Of a DNA stretch of 64,000 nucleotides, positions 51,155-64,000 are shown one piece after another. The notes beneath the pieces were generated by a model. That model saw only the letters and a list, made by a program, of their open reading frames with translations. It searched no databases and was not told where the DNA came from. The DNA is from Ptychomitrium polyphyllum (taxonomy: Eukaryota), in NCBI GenBank assembly GCA_973851085.1, contig OZ316776.1, forward strand, positions 12,276,001 through 12,340,000. Reading direction: 5' to 3'. Positions within the stretch are counted from its first letter, which is position 1. Each line of letters starts with the position of its first letter. A program made the position numbers and the translations under genes.

Positions 51155-52602
51155 ATGTTAGAAGCATGTACTGATGCATCATTGGCCAGGAAAGAGAAAA
51201 TGCCGTTCAGTTCCGATTACAAGAGCGAATTTGTTTCGCAAATTGCAGAGGCACATCCACTTCCAGAAGACCTCTCAGCGACCAACTTGTCTCTCCGAGA
51301 GAAAGCTGCGATGGTATCTGCAGGTAGAGACCAGATTATTGACATTTTCCAAGCAGAACCTTTCCATCTAGAGGTTGTTGGTGAAAGCTTAGGGCGACCA
51401 CGTGTAAAGTTATTTGACTAATCGAATACGAGACTAGTACACAGCATCTGTGAACACTAATCTTGAATTCGTAATCCTGCTTCCCCAGGTCACATCGAGA
51501 CTTGGAACGGCCATCAACTTCATTCTGATATATGGTTACGAACTGCTCTGCTATCTCAGCAGCATTAGGTTTCTTCTTGACTTTTATTTGCGTTTTGTCC
51601 TTCGCAGTCGATGCCTGCATGGTTCGTGTGAAAGCATGGTAACAAATTTCGAAAACCCATTATCCTTCAATCTGGATCATCTACAAAATCATGGCCTGTG
51701 AAGCTCAGCACTTCTTGTAGATCTCTAGATACACAAGTTAGATTCTTAGGGGATGGAATCTTTTTGCTACTTTCCACGAGCTCGTCCAAGGTGCTTTGTT
51801 GGTTTTCTCGCTGACGGCAATGTCCAAATTTGAGGTATACATAATACCTGACACTCGGAACCCTAAACGATGCCCTTCTCAAGCTGGACCACGGAAGCTG
51901 GACCGAGCTGGTTAAATGGACCCGAACTGTCACGGAAGATAGCAAAACAGGAACTTACTGAAAACAAGGACGAACAGGTGGCTGATAGGTAAGGTAATAA
52001 AAGTGCAGTAGAGTCAAACAGATTGTTTGAAAAGCAGGCAGTTGAAGAAGAACCCACGATCTCCGCATCCTGCCATATCTCAACGTTGTGCAGCTTATCA
52101 TCCAACAGCGAGGTGAGCAATTCACCTAATTACTCTATCGACCTACAGTTCTTCAAAAACAAGTTTGAAGTCAACAACACGAATTTCTTGTCGATGTACT
52201 TGTTAGCACGTCCTTGTTAACAAGTAATATGTTTGATATGCAGAAGCTTCCTCTTTACTTCTTGAAGTCATACGGCAGGTGACTTCACTCTGTTGTGAAG
52301 TTACACGGGATTCGTGAAGAGTCCCAGCTGAGAAAAGTGGCTTGCCTACCTAACCATGAAAAGCACAGTCGGCTTTACTTGAAAGCTGATGATAAAGCTT
52401 TGGTTTGAATAAAGCGTCTGCCTGCTTTATGCGCTAACGAACGAACCAAATATTCACGCACTTCCTTCGTTTTTTGGAATGGAAGGGTTTCGCGAATGAG
52501 AATAATCTTGAAGTAGGACGAGAGCTTTTATTCGCCCTCATCGCCGACTAGTTCTTCGTCGTCAGAGAAATGCTGCCTCCATCCAGATCAGAGATGTCCT
52601 GA
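51155..52602 (+). pseudogene. REM-like B3 pseudogene (copy 5)
   Basis: Closely resembles copy 4. Exons 1-2 carry frameshifts, exon 3 is absent (the exon-4 homolog starts at ~52244), and exon 4 has in-frame stops and a ~100-bp interruption. Confidence 0.8.
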
Positions 52603-52909
52603 GAATGAGTTTCTGGTAACATACTACTAACCCAAGCTTGGGGCACAAGGAGTGATGATTCAGGAGGACAACCCAGATCCGAGTGGCTGATGGAACCATT
52701 CATTTGTAGATAGTTATACAGCAAACGATAGGCTGCCAAGCATCTTCGGCGGTCTTGAGGAAAATGTGATCAGTTTTAAACGTCAAGTGTTTACATAAAC
52801 AAGGACAAAAATTAGGAACTACATAAACTAGGCTTATTCAACGTATTCAAAAAAGTGAGTTACAGAAACAACCAAAGAGCTCAATGGATCGACGAAGCCG
52901 TTGGAGATG

Positions 52910-54115
52910 TCACGCATCAACAACGAGAGTCTTGGCCATTTGGGGAATAGTCATTACTTCTGTTCTGTATCCAGCATAAGTCCGAGCCTTGTACCGTATG
53001 GGCTGTGAGTCGGAGACCAATTCAGAAATGGGGGCGATCAGTTTGTTTTCCGGTGGGCTGGAGAAGGCAGCTATGGAGAAACGATCCTTGGAGTTCAACA
53101 ATGCCCGATGCTCTGGCGATTTGTATAATCCATTTGTCAGGATCTGGAGACAACAAAAGTAGTCTTAGGGTTTGCCACGGGAGCCATGACGCAGCCACTG
53201 AACAAGAAGCCATATATTCAGTTCAGTGATAAAGCAGCCAGGCATACCTCGATTTGGTCGCCCAAGTTGATAACGTATGCGTCCGGGATGAGCTCCACGA
53301 AGGTCCATTCTCCATCTTTTCTGAATTGCAATCCCGCAACGTTTTGCATCAAGATGGTGAGGGCAGAGAAGTCGGAGTGTTTCTGTATCCCTTCAGTGGG
53401 GGTTGGCTCCGGAGACGGAAGATAATGGTTCACCAGAAATATTTGCTGGTAATCTTCCCCAAAGAAATCGTTGAGATACGACGTGTTCAACCCCAGGCTC
53501 TCAGAGATGAGCTCGAACATATGCTTGCTGAGCTTGTCCTGCTCCGCTACATATTCCTCCTCTGTTTCTCTGTGGCCGTAACATCAGCATATCAATCAAT
53601 GACCTCCACTCACAAACTGTGCAAAAAAGAAAAAACTCAAAGCTTTCACAAAGGGTTGCAGAAATGCCCAGGTGATTGAGCCAAAGTTACCTGAAAGAAG
53701 CGGGGTTTGTAGGCCACTGCTCGTAAGCCCTCGCCGAAAGGGGCCAGGTTTTGTGACGCAGTTGATCACCATGGTCCAAGGCACCTTTGGTCCCGAATTC
53801 TTTGGTGCCGTAGCCGTAGAAAAGATCAACAGTGCTGGTCGGGATGGAAGTAGAAAACATCGACTTCTCCTTCATGGGAAGCGCAAAGAACTCCCCCGCT
53901 ACGCGACGCACCCTTTCCATCAGAGCTGCGGAGACGCCATGGTTGATGATCTGAAATCCGCCCCATTCCATACAAGCTTTTCGTATTTGTTGCACCACCA
54001 CACCGCGGCGCTCTCCGTGAGATCCTTGCAGATCGATCACTGGAACCTCAAAACCGCTCGCTGCGTCTGACGTTTTTAGCGCAGGATCCATTTCTTGCGG
54101 TAGTGCAGGCGCCAT
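52910..54115 (-). CDS. 2-oxoglutarate/Fe(II)-dependent dioxygenase (DOXC-type, ~326 aa)
   Basis: Exons 54115-53691, 53569-53248 and 53143-52910 join in frame (981 nt). Motifs: DIOX_N (VPVIDL...ACMEWGGFQIINHGV), NHY.P.P, HSD, NLGDQIEILTNGLYKSPEHR and RFS. Confidence 0.92.
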
Positions 54116-55942
54116 AGCCGTCGCTCCAACAGATCGATTGCGCCAACGGCAATAACCCAACTATAAAAACCGACAGAAGTGTGGCTCAACGAGACATCCA
54201 CTAGCCCACAACTGGACTCAATCAAGCACCTACAAATTGAGTAATACAAACACATGTACATTGATACAATGCTGCAAGCAGTACTAGTCCCGATTCTTCA
54301 GAACATATGCAGCACCACCGATCTTAGCAACGAGACGCAGAGGAGATGCGAGCAAGATGGAGCTAAACAGGAAAGTCATCTGTTGTGATACTAGCTGTAC
54401 GATTCTATGACGAAGTAAATCTTGAGCGAAAGCGCCCACGTTGCTTCTTCCTCAACGTTATGTTCCAATCAGCTGCTTAGTACGTGAATCTCGTGAACCT
54501 GGAAAGAAAATTTAACTGCAGGATGAACTTGGAAGACTAGCTCACGGATGACGCATATTATTAATCTAATACCGACAGGCTTCTCATGCAACACTTGTCA
54601 CTCCGATGGAGTCTCAAGCAGCAAGCGGGTGGAGGAAGCAGGGCTCGGACAATTGAGAGATATTTTGGCTCTGAGCTACTTGGTGGGGAGCTTGCTAGAG
54701 TCGACGCAGCAACTCACAAATATCCTGAACGGAAGAGCTCTAGACTTGGTGCCTTGCAGTAAGTCAGTAAGCCAGGAGTGAGCAACATCCTTCTGAAGTG
54801 GGCGTGTAACAACGCCGCATTTAATTTCCACTAAAGAAGCAGCTTTTGCATGACGAGCTGACAATCTGGCCAGGCACCACAATTTCACTTTCGTATTTCA
54901 GTCTTGTGAAATGTGCATTTTTAGAATCTGATTATTGATGATCGGAAAGAGTAATCAAAAGCAGTGATCGAGTGGGAAGGTGGAGTTGCTTCACAACCAA
55001 TATTGCACAAAGTCGACATCTGATGTAGGTTGACGTCATGTCTTGGGTCTTCTGCTACAATCTGCATATTCGGTTCACAAATTTGATACTGACATAATCA
55101 ACTAAAGGTTGTTTTGAACAAGATATTAAGCTACATATTAGACATTCACAGCATCAACGAACTCCTATCATCATACAGCAAATGACGTGTAAAGGGGATG
55201 TCACGAATCTTCACAAAGAAGAAGTTACCCAATCTAAATTTGATTTGTTTGAGTCAGCTTGAACAGCGCTTCATGGTCAGCCTTGGCAACATGAATCGAA
55301 TGTACAGAGGTTGATCCCAAATCTTAGCTCTTCATGTCACTACAACAATAAGCTTGCTCCTTCGATGATCAGAGTTCATGTTGAACCTCTTCTTGGCTGT
55401 ACAATTTCACTGCGGAACCCGACAACAAATAACTTGGGAGGCAATGAGTTTCTGCGTTGATTGTGCTGTAATCCTGTCTATCGGTGTATCCCCTTAGCTG
55501 CAACATGAACGTGGCTAAACAGTAGCACTTAGCACTGCATGCCAAGCCATATACTGGTATCTACAGAGCTCAAAATAAGAACCATCTAGAACGTGCAGTC
55601 GATGTCGCCATACTTCTTGATCTCTCCAAACTGGTGTTGATGAGAAGGACGGCTATCCGCTGGTCTGGACGAACACCTGCTAAGAATATGTTGATCCTTG
55701 CAACTTAACCCATCCTTGCTCATAATCATGGCATCCTCATCCTGGAGAATATCTGAAAGTGGACTACACGTGAACAAAGAGTCCTGCCATGATGAAATGG
55801 CATAGCGTAGTTGAGCTCCGGTCCAGCAAGAATCAGATGGCTTGGTCTGTTAAACCAGTTCCTTTCACACTCCCCATCACAGGTTTATGTAGTTGAGGAT
55901 CGAGGGCGGCAGTAGCTTATGGAGCAAGAAACAACCACCTGC

Positions 55943-58261
55943 TTACACTTCAGTCACTCGCATACTTCGCAATTGCCTGTTTGATAGAGTCCGGTAAACT
56001 AGTCCAGCTACACAGAACCCCACAAACCAGGCATTGCTATATATGACAGTGAAGATGTGTGGGCAGCTCTTCAGCACTCCAGTAGAGACCATGAACCCGG
56101 GGATGTTGGGGATTATGCCTACAGAAAGGGCCACTAAAGCTGCAAAGTTGTAACCATTCGTGTACCAATACAGAGCACCTTTTTCACAAGAGAAAATATC
56201 ATCCATAATGAGAGACCGGCCACGGAATCCGAAGTAATCGACCAACATGATCCCTCCCACGGGTCCCAATAAGGCAGAGTATCCAATCAACCAGGTATAT
56301 ATGAAATCCTGACTTGACTGAATCAGCCGCCACGGCTGAAGTAATATTCCGATAGTAGCTGTGAAGAGCCCGGCTGTTCTGAAGGAGAAGATTGAGGGGT
56401 TCAAATTCACAAGGGCATTTGCTGGAGCTACCACATTAGCTGCAATGTTTGTGGTCAGAGTAGCTAAAATAACTCCTACAAGGGATAAGAAGATAGGAAG
56501 GACACCATCGATGCGAGCCAAAAGCTCTATTGGATCCGTAATAGCCTCCCCAAAGATCACCACCGTTGCCGAAGTAACTGCGAGGCCTACAAAAGTGAAA
56601 GCTGCCATGAAAAGAGGTAAACCTATCGCTTGGCCTGCCAGCTGGTCCACCTGACTCTTAGAGTATCGAGTAAAATCTGCCAAGACACAATAGTAACACG
56701 GTTCTCAATATCTTGATGCCTAGCCATAGCCACAAATTCACAAACCAACAGTGTCCATAATTATGGTTACATGCAATCACGATTGCTTTTAAGTATTTAC
56801 TTGCTCTCTGATTATAAGAAAATCAGATTTCAAATAGAACTGTTGCATACAGCAGGTTTTGGACCCATGTTGTCACTAACATGAACACGCTCAGGAACTT
56901 GCCACAAAGTCCATATCCTCTATACAGGTAAACTACGTTTAAAAAACAAAATCAAAACCAAAACCAAAATTTCACACACAAGGTACAGAATGCGGAAAAG
57001 ATGTGCACGATCAACTTCACCTGAGATGTTCAAACTGAGCGTGGCCCAAAAACCAACATTGGCTGTCAATGCTGGAAAGAATGTTTGCCAGAACTGTCCT
57101 TCTTTAGGACCTCCAGGAATGAATTGTGAGGGGAGCGACAACATGGGTCCAAAACCTCCTGCTTGAATGTAAGCCCATGCTAATAATGCCCCAGACAGAA
57201 ATATGAGAATTGGGGCGCTCAATTTCTCCAGCTCCCGTATACTCTCAATACCATTCCAAATAATACCTACCTGCAAGCCATCCCCGTATGAAAACTATGT
57301 CCAAGACGAACGGCATCTTGGTCCGAAACTGGTGCCATTTTCAGTTCAGATTATTCACGAAAATATGCAAGCTCTCGGTCTTTGTTCCACAGAACACTAA
57401 ACAACTCATTCCATTGTACAGGTCAAAAAATTTGATATAAACTAAATCATGAAGTACAAGGTTCAGCGTCAAACGCGTCAATATATCCCAAGATGTGACG
57501 AGTCATGTAGAAGCTCCAAATAAGGCGTCGAACTTGCAACTTTCACTGCATGGTAAAAGAAAGACACGAATGCACTGTCCTCAACCTACGATCACACACG
57601 CATACAGTGGTACCTGAAGCAGCCAGAAGACCATGAAACATCCAAATTCCGCAGCGCTGATCCCCAACCACGGCACCACGACGCCGCCTGCAAGGCTCCC
57701 CTTGAGAAGAGTATTCAGCAATTGGTAAATAGCTTGCCCTCCAATCCATGTTTGGATCCCAAACCACCCACAGGCCACGAGAGCGCGTAGTAGAGACGGC
57801 ACATTCGCACCCCGGATTCCGAAAGCGGCCCGCGCCAGCACTGGGAAAGGGACCCCAAACTTAGTACCCCCATGACCATTCAGCACCATAGGCACCAGCA
57901 CCACCAGATTCCCAATCAACACCGTAAGAATGCCTTGCCACCACGACATCCCCAGCTCCACCAAACTCCCCGCCATGTAGTACGTCGGCACCCCGACCAC
58001 CAACCCTATCCACAAGCACGCCATGTCCCAGACGCCAAAAGTCCGCCCACCCGCCATCGTGGGCGCAAAATCTTCATTCCACAAGGAGCTGTCTGGGTTG
58101 CTCGGTGGCTGCGGAGCGATGGGCTCCAGCAACCCTTCGAGAAAACCAACATCACCGTTGCCACCCTCCGAACCCTCCTCGCTCCGCTTGGCAGATAACA
58201 GCCTCTCCTGCCTCCCACTCGCATCATCCTTCGCTGCCAACTTCCCAAAGATGGACACCAT
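55943..58261 (-). CDS. NCS1: Nucleobase:cation symporter-1 (PLUTO-like purine/uracil permease, ~543 aa)
   Basis: Exons 58261-57614, 57270-57021 and 56676-55943 join in frame (1632 nt). Motifs: [61 protein letters not shown] and [13 protein letters not shown]. Confidence 0.95.
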
Positions 58262-58295
58262 GTCAACTTCGAAATCGCTGCACCCACGTCAAAGC

Positions 58296-58304
58296 TAGGG
58301 TTTT
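58296..58304 (-). promoter_or_regulatory. Telo-box-like AAACCCTA motif in the NCS1 5' leader
   Basis: TAGGGTTTT on the plus strand, ~35 nt upstream of the ATG. Confidence 0.4.
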
Positions 58305-59449
58305 GGAAAACAAATCCCTCTTCCCAGCCGCAACTGATGGCTGCGTCTGAAAACTGAATTAGATCAAATCGGATCGGATTGAATCGATTAGAGGTCTCCT
58401 CGACTTACAGACTCACAGCACGACCACAGTATCAAAAATATGAGTTTGCATAGGAAGCTCCCATGATCGCATGGGATGTTCATTCAACAACAGTCTCCCA
58501 GAGTGTGGATTCCACCAATTGGTCGTTATTTGGTCGACTTCAGGTGATACCCTCCAGGATATCATACGAGTATCTCAAGGTCATCGCATAAGCATACCCT
58601 AGGTATCATGCGGAAAGTGGATATCGTGAGCGCCCCACGAACCATGAGCACGCGAAGAGACAATGATTCCGATTCTCCGCAGCGGCTGGCTTGTTTCTCA
58701 AATGCTCAATAATCAAAAGCTGAGGTACGGAGTGCCATCCAGTGGCTGAGAGTGCGCCTCTCACTGTTCCTGGCGGAGGGGCCGCCTCATGTGCTCCCCT
58801 GCAAACCCTCCCAACCACCAGCGTCGTCCGTCGGCATTGTCCGGAAACACTTACATTTCTCATTCTTCAGCCTACCGGAGCTTCGACCAGTGATGTTGCT
58901 CTTAACAAAATTGCCAAACCGAGAGCAGATTTTAGAACCTAGAGTCTTAAAATGTTCTAGATTCTTTAGTGACTGTAGCAAATTCGTATTATTGTTAAAA
59001 TGTTGGCATCACTAAAAAGTGGCTAATAGGTGACTAAATATTGGTGGCTAATTTGCTCGAGGAACGCTCAAAAGTAGCAAAGAAAAGAACAGTATAACCA
59101 GTTGGCTGAAGTTTGCATCTAAAATCGTCATTGGCCTGCCCAGACTGACAGCATATTACCAAAATCATGTAAGCTCTCACGAGAACTGTCGGTGTGTTGC
59201 CCTGTTATCAAAACATACCACCTGAGTATCAGCTAGGTAACTGAAGAAAAGTGGATGTCATGAAAAACCTTTTATGTACATAAGATTCTTCATTGTAGGA
59301 TTGGAACCATTTTACTATGCATGTGAAAACATTCCACCAATACCCAAATATCACATAACTATCATATCTGTATAAGCATGATATCAACATAGGATCATAT
59401 GGGTATTTCATAGGTATTGCCTAGTTCAGAGTGTGCGATCTTTGGATGT

Positions 59450-62400
59450 ATTATGATTTGAATTTATTTTTACTTGAGGGGACTAATTCCATATTGTGAA
59501 AAATCTTATGTATGAAACCAACAATAAAGAGTTGTTGCAAAGCTAACAATAAGATTCCAAACAAAAAAACAATAAAAAATATAGTTTGATTGATAATAAA
59601 ATAAATAACAAAGTATTGGCTCACCAACCAATCAACCTTTTTATAATAGGAGCACCATGTGCAGCTCAAAACAAGTAAAAGAAAAAATTACATAATCAAG
59701 CCTTTAAATTACTTCCAATGCTCTTCTTTAGCAAACAGGATTTTTAACTTATATATTACTAAATATACTTCTTAAATATTGTAAAAAATAATTATGTTCA
59801 TTTCCTAATTTAAAAAATGAAGCTTAAATTAACCATATTACAGTACACAAGTTGTACTACAAATACAATTCAATTTTGATTTTGAAGTACACATGTAAAT
59901 AAATTTTATTGAGATTTGAACCTTTGGTTTACTCATATACATGCAAAGACGAAATAAATAAAAAGGTATTAAATTTCTTTATATACAGAATATAAATTTA
60001 CTTTACAGACGAGTGAAAAAAAGATGTTCCAGATTTTTGAAGTTTGAATTTTAAAGTTTTGGATCTCAAATTTTTTTATTTATAAGTATTTAAGGTATAT
60101 CTAAGTTTATATATTGTGTATTTGAAAAGCACCACACATACATAAATGTGATAAAAATAAACAAAGGAGGAGTTTTGATCTCAAATGGATAAGTTTATGG
60201 TAGTTATATTTATAATAAGATTATGGTGGTTATGCAAATTCTTTTCTAAATTGAGATGAAAAAGAACTTATCTACTTGTAATATTTTATAACAATCAATT
60301 TTACAAAAGTAGTTTAGCTATTGCAAAAAACTGTATACAACATCACAATTTCAAAAACTATAAGAATATCCGACATGGTACAAAGAAAATATGTTTTAAA
60401 AAATATATATAATATAATATAAAATATAATTTTGATATATAACATACAAATATTATAGTCTTTACAAAAGAGCTTTCTACAAGTTTTGAATAGAACATAG
60501 AAGTTACTACAGAGAATAACATAATGCATTCAAATAATGCCTAACCATTGTAATATAATTAAAGATACTATTGTATGCTAAGACTTTAACTACTATAATT
60601 CTTCCTTCAAAAACAGTGTAAATTAGCCATTTTTTATGTACTACCATTCTACCAATCCATCAAATGTTAAATCTATCATTGTTTTTATAAAATTTTGCAT
60701 TCAAATTTGTCTCTAATTTTTGAAATTCATCATATATTTTTCTTCAACATGTATATTTTTTTACTTTATCTAAGTTTGTTATTGGTTTTAAATGTTTTAA
60801 ATAAATGAAAATACTTAAGCTTCTTGAAATTGTGAGATTATTAGAAGTTGTCCAATATTAATAAAATCATATCTATAAGATGCATATCATAAATTGCTTA
60901 TTTGGAAAAATCTTAATAATAAAAAGTTGTATGTAGCATAAATTAAATTCCATTAATGTTACAATATTAACAACTAAGAGAAAAAACAATGAAAAACTAA
61001 TTAAATGGTCAATGAAAGATGAATTCTAAATTATTTATTTTCTGTTTTAATAAAGTAATATATTAATCAATTATTTTAGTATAAATATAAAATATTTGTA
61101 AATTACAATTTCTAATGTATATGCAGAGTGTCTTCCATAATTTAGACTTTCAACCTTACTTGTAAATTCATTCTTTTGATTATGTAATCAATATTAAAAA
61201 AAAACTATTATACATTTATTTTTTAAACAATTAGTTGGTTATTTGCTTAAATGATGACATTTTCATGAATTTTGAAGAAAAATAAGTACATAGAAGAATT
61301 TTTGAATAGAACAGATTCACAACAATAAAAAATAATATTAATTGCATATAATATTTTGAACCTTTTATATAGTATAAGCTTTTGACAACATCAATTTTGT
61401 TAAAACTTTAACCACAAATAAATTAATGAATCACTTTAATTATTTTTGGTTCCTTATAAGCAAATATAATTTCGAAAATTACATTTCGCAATTTTCAGTT
61501 TAATACGAATAAATAAACATATACTGTTGATTGATTTCTAATGAACTAATTTTAAAAATCCTATTTAGAAAATAATATAAGATTTATGACAAAATGATAA
61601 AGCTAATAAGAATAGTTTATTGTCATTAATCCATTGTAAAAGTTTTGATAATTAATATTTATAAATAAATATAAAATGATCTCTTATAAAAAATTTCAAA
61701 AATATTACATTTAAGATTAAAATCTTAAAAATTCTAAGATTTCAATATAGTATAATTATGGTATTTAAATTTCAAAAATTATAATTACACTTATAAAATG
61801 ATTGAAAATAGAATGTAATTTTGAATGTCAATTTAATTATGGCTTTTAATTGTAATAGAAGGAGGTTTTTTGGATAAGCCATTGAATTTTTTTTTAATTC
61901 ATTATCTAAAATTCATGTAAAAAAGAAGTAAAATTTACTTTAAATTTAATATGATATACTTTTGAATCTTTTCTTTGCTAGATGGTATCACAATTTTTTT
62001 TTAAATATACGTATGTCTCAATTGAAATAAATAATCAATCTTTGATGGAATCTTTATTAGTCAATGAATCATATGGGTAATATAAAAAGAAATCATACAT
62101 ATATTTTCATGCAAAATATGATTCCAAACTATTTGTGAAAATACAAAGGTTTTACTAGTTACAACTTTAAGTTTGTGATGTATAATTATATTAATGTTTT
62201 ATTGGTTATACATCATGTCAAAGACAAAATTCAAACTAAAGTTAATGTACAATAGTACTTCATTGTCTTATCAGAAATGGACAAGCTTCTCCATGTGAAG
62301 GCTTTATTGCAACGTACACCATGTCAGTTTCAAAAATAGTTTTTTACATGCAATATGACTTCATTGAAAATAATGATGTTCCTACACATGTAGACTTTGT

Positions 62401-63420
62401 CTACCAAGGCTAGGGCCAAACCATGTATTACTGACTAAAAGAGTACATGGAAAATGACTTCATTAAAGTTATATATATTTATCCATGTGCTAACTAGGAC
62501 ACTATGTCAGAAATTGCTAGAGTTTCCTAAGTAATTATGACTTGATTGAAGATTAATAAACAATTCCATCTGAAGGCTTTATTGAACAAGTCATCACTAT
62601 ATTGAAAAACAATCTAGTATCCAATATAACATTGTATAAGTAATTTCGTATACTACATAATAGAAGAAAATATAAATAAATTGTTAATAATTAATTCGTC
62701 AGACCTGGACAAATTTATTCAAAATGTTAGCAAAAATGAAATATGATTTATGAAATATGAAATATGATTTAATCATTAATATTATTGGACATGTTTAGAA
62801 ACTTTTCTTTAAATAAAAATCAATAGAGCAATAAAGCTATAATAGATAATATTTTTAAGCCTTACAAACTTAATATTCAAAGACATTTGATTTAGATTTT
62901 GAAGTAATCCTATAAAAATAAATTAATGAACAATAATTGTTGCAATAAGTAATGATATAAAAATAATTAAACTTGGTATTATATATAAAACGTTATAATG
63001 TTAAATTACAATTCAACAATATATACTATTTGATACGAGATTTTAATGTAAGGTATGTTTTATTATGCACAATTGATAAATAATTAATTAAAAGTTACAT
63101 ACATGCCATATACTACTCTTTAATAATCAAAAATCATGTAGAATGGATATAAAAAATATAATATAAATTGTATCCTAAATATGAAGCAACTAAAACAAAT
63201 TTATCCAAAACTTATTTCTACCTACATACATGAATGATCATCAAGTTTTTTAATTTAGTGCATTTCAACATTAAAATAATGTCTAAATGATACATCTTTT
63301 CGACCATTAATGTTATGAAACTTTGAATTATGCCATATTAACAAAGCAAAACAAAAAAAAGCCTAAACAACACAAAGAGAAGTCTACAGCAAACAAGGAA
63401 AAGGCCTAAACCAAGAGAAA
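59450..63420. mobile_element. ~4-kb extremely AT-rich block, probably a decayed transposon-derived relic
   Basis: Same compositional signature as 28-33 kb, degenerate internal repeats at 62260-62610, and no credible ORF. Confidence 0.35.
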
Positions 63421-64000
63421 ATGAAACCTAAACTAGACATGGAGAAAGCTTAAAGCAAACACGGGCACAGAATTGATGTGATAGCCAGAAAAGTTAAAAG
63501 TAAAAGCTCCAAGCAACAGACTTGATGCCGCGAAGGGTGGGTCACTTGAAGCGGGACCGCGTGAGCGCAAAACAGTAAAAGTGAAAGGCAAGCACCAGCA
63601 CATCGTAATTAGGCGTGGGCGTTGCCATTGCCATTGCCAGCCTGCAATCAAGTAGGGTGCCAGTGGGAGACGGGACGGTGAAGGCAAGTTAAAAGGAAGC
63701 CAAGGGCATTGGCACACAGATACATTCTAGGTTTGCTTGCTGTCCTCACCTCGTTTCCGTTGTCCTTCACCCCTCGTTCCATTCTGTTTGCACACACACA
63801 CAACCAGTGAGAGAAAGGCGGTGCACTACCCTGTATTCTATCTTTCCTGCATCGCAATCTCGCTTGCGTGCAACGCGAATTTGGTGGTGGAGGTGGGGCG
63901 AGTGATTTGGCGAGTTGCAGGGTTGGGCGAGAGAGGTGTGGCGGAGGGAAGGGCGGAGGGGAGGGGCGGAGGCTAGGTTTGGGGGGATCGGCCTCGGGGG

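Noticed and set aside
52910..58261. Metabolic gene cluster (dioxygenase plus transporter, with distant P450 relics)
   Set aside because: Only adjacency supports it. The P450s are tiny relics 30 kb away and no scaffold-forming enzyme is present.
63433..64000. Short ORFs in the GC-rich right end
   Set aside because: No recognisable protein; probably the leader or promoter of a gene outside the window.
1..64000. CRISPR arrays, rRNA or tRNA genes
   Set aside because: No regularly spaced repeat-spacer array, rRNA signature or cloverleaf was seen by eye; tRNAscan and Rfam were not run.

Overview
Eukaryotic, plant-like genomic DNA with GT-AG introns, gene islands and very AT-rich blocks. A moss or other bryophyte origin is my inference from gene content and composition. 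Left to right: (1) 1-12203 is an apparently perfect 5,747-bp tandem array running off the left edge. Each unit carries a 3-exon, GC3-rich gene for a 208-aa secreted protein with 29 Cys arranged in three ~54-aa modules. (2) 16431-17535 is an inverted, mosaic, frameshifted paralog of that gene. (3) An intronless 685-aa J-domain/thioredoxin-fold membrane protein gene follows. (4) A cluster of gene relics comes next: two cytochrome P450 heme-motif fragments facing each other, an F-box fragment and an RPT3 proteasome ATPase pseudogene. (5) A 5-kb AT-rich block. (6) A tandem cluster of six REM-like double-B3 genes (3 intact, 3 decayed), with a small secreted Gly-rich gene inside it. (7) A 2OG-Fe(II) dioxygenase gene, an NCS1/PLUTO-like nucleobase transporter gene and a second AT-rich block. 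The best candidate for an undescribed system is the amplifying and recombining Cys-repeat secreted-protein locus. All exon models were assembled by hand from splice signals and reading phase; no database searches were run.
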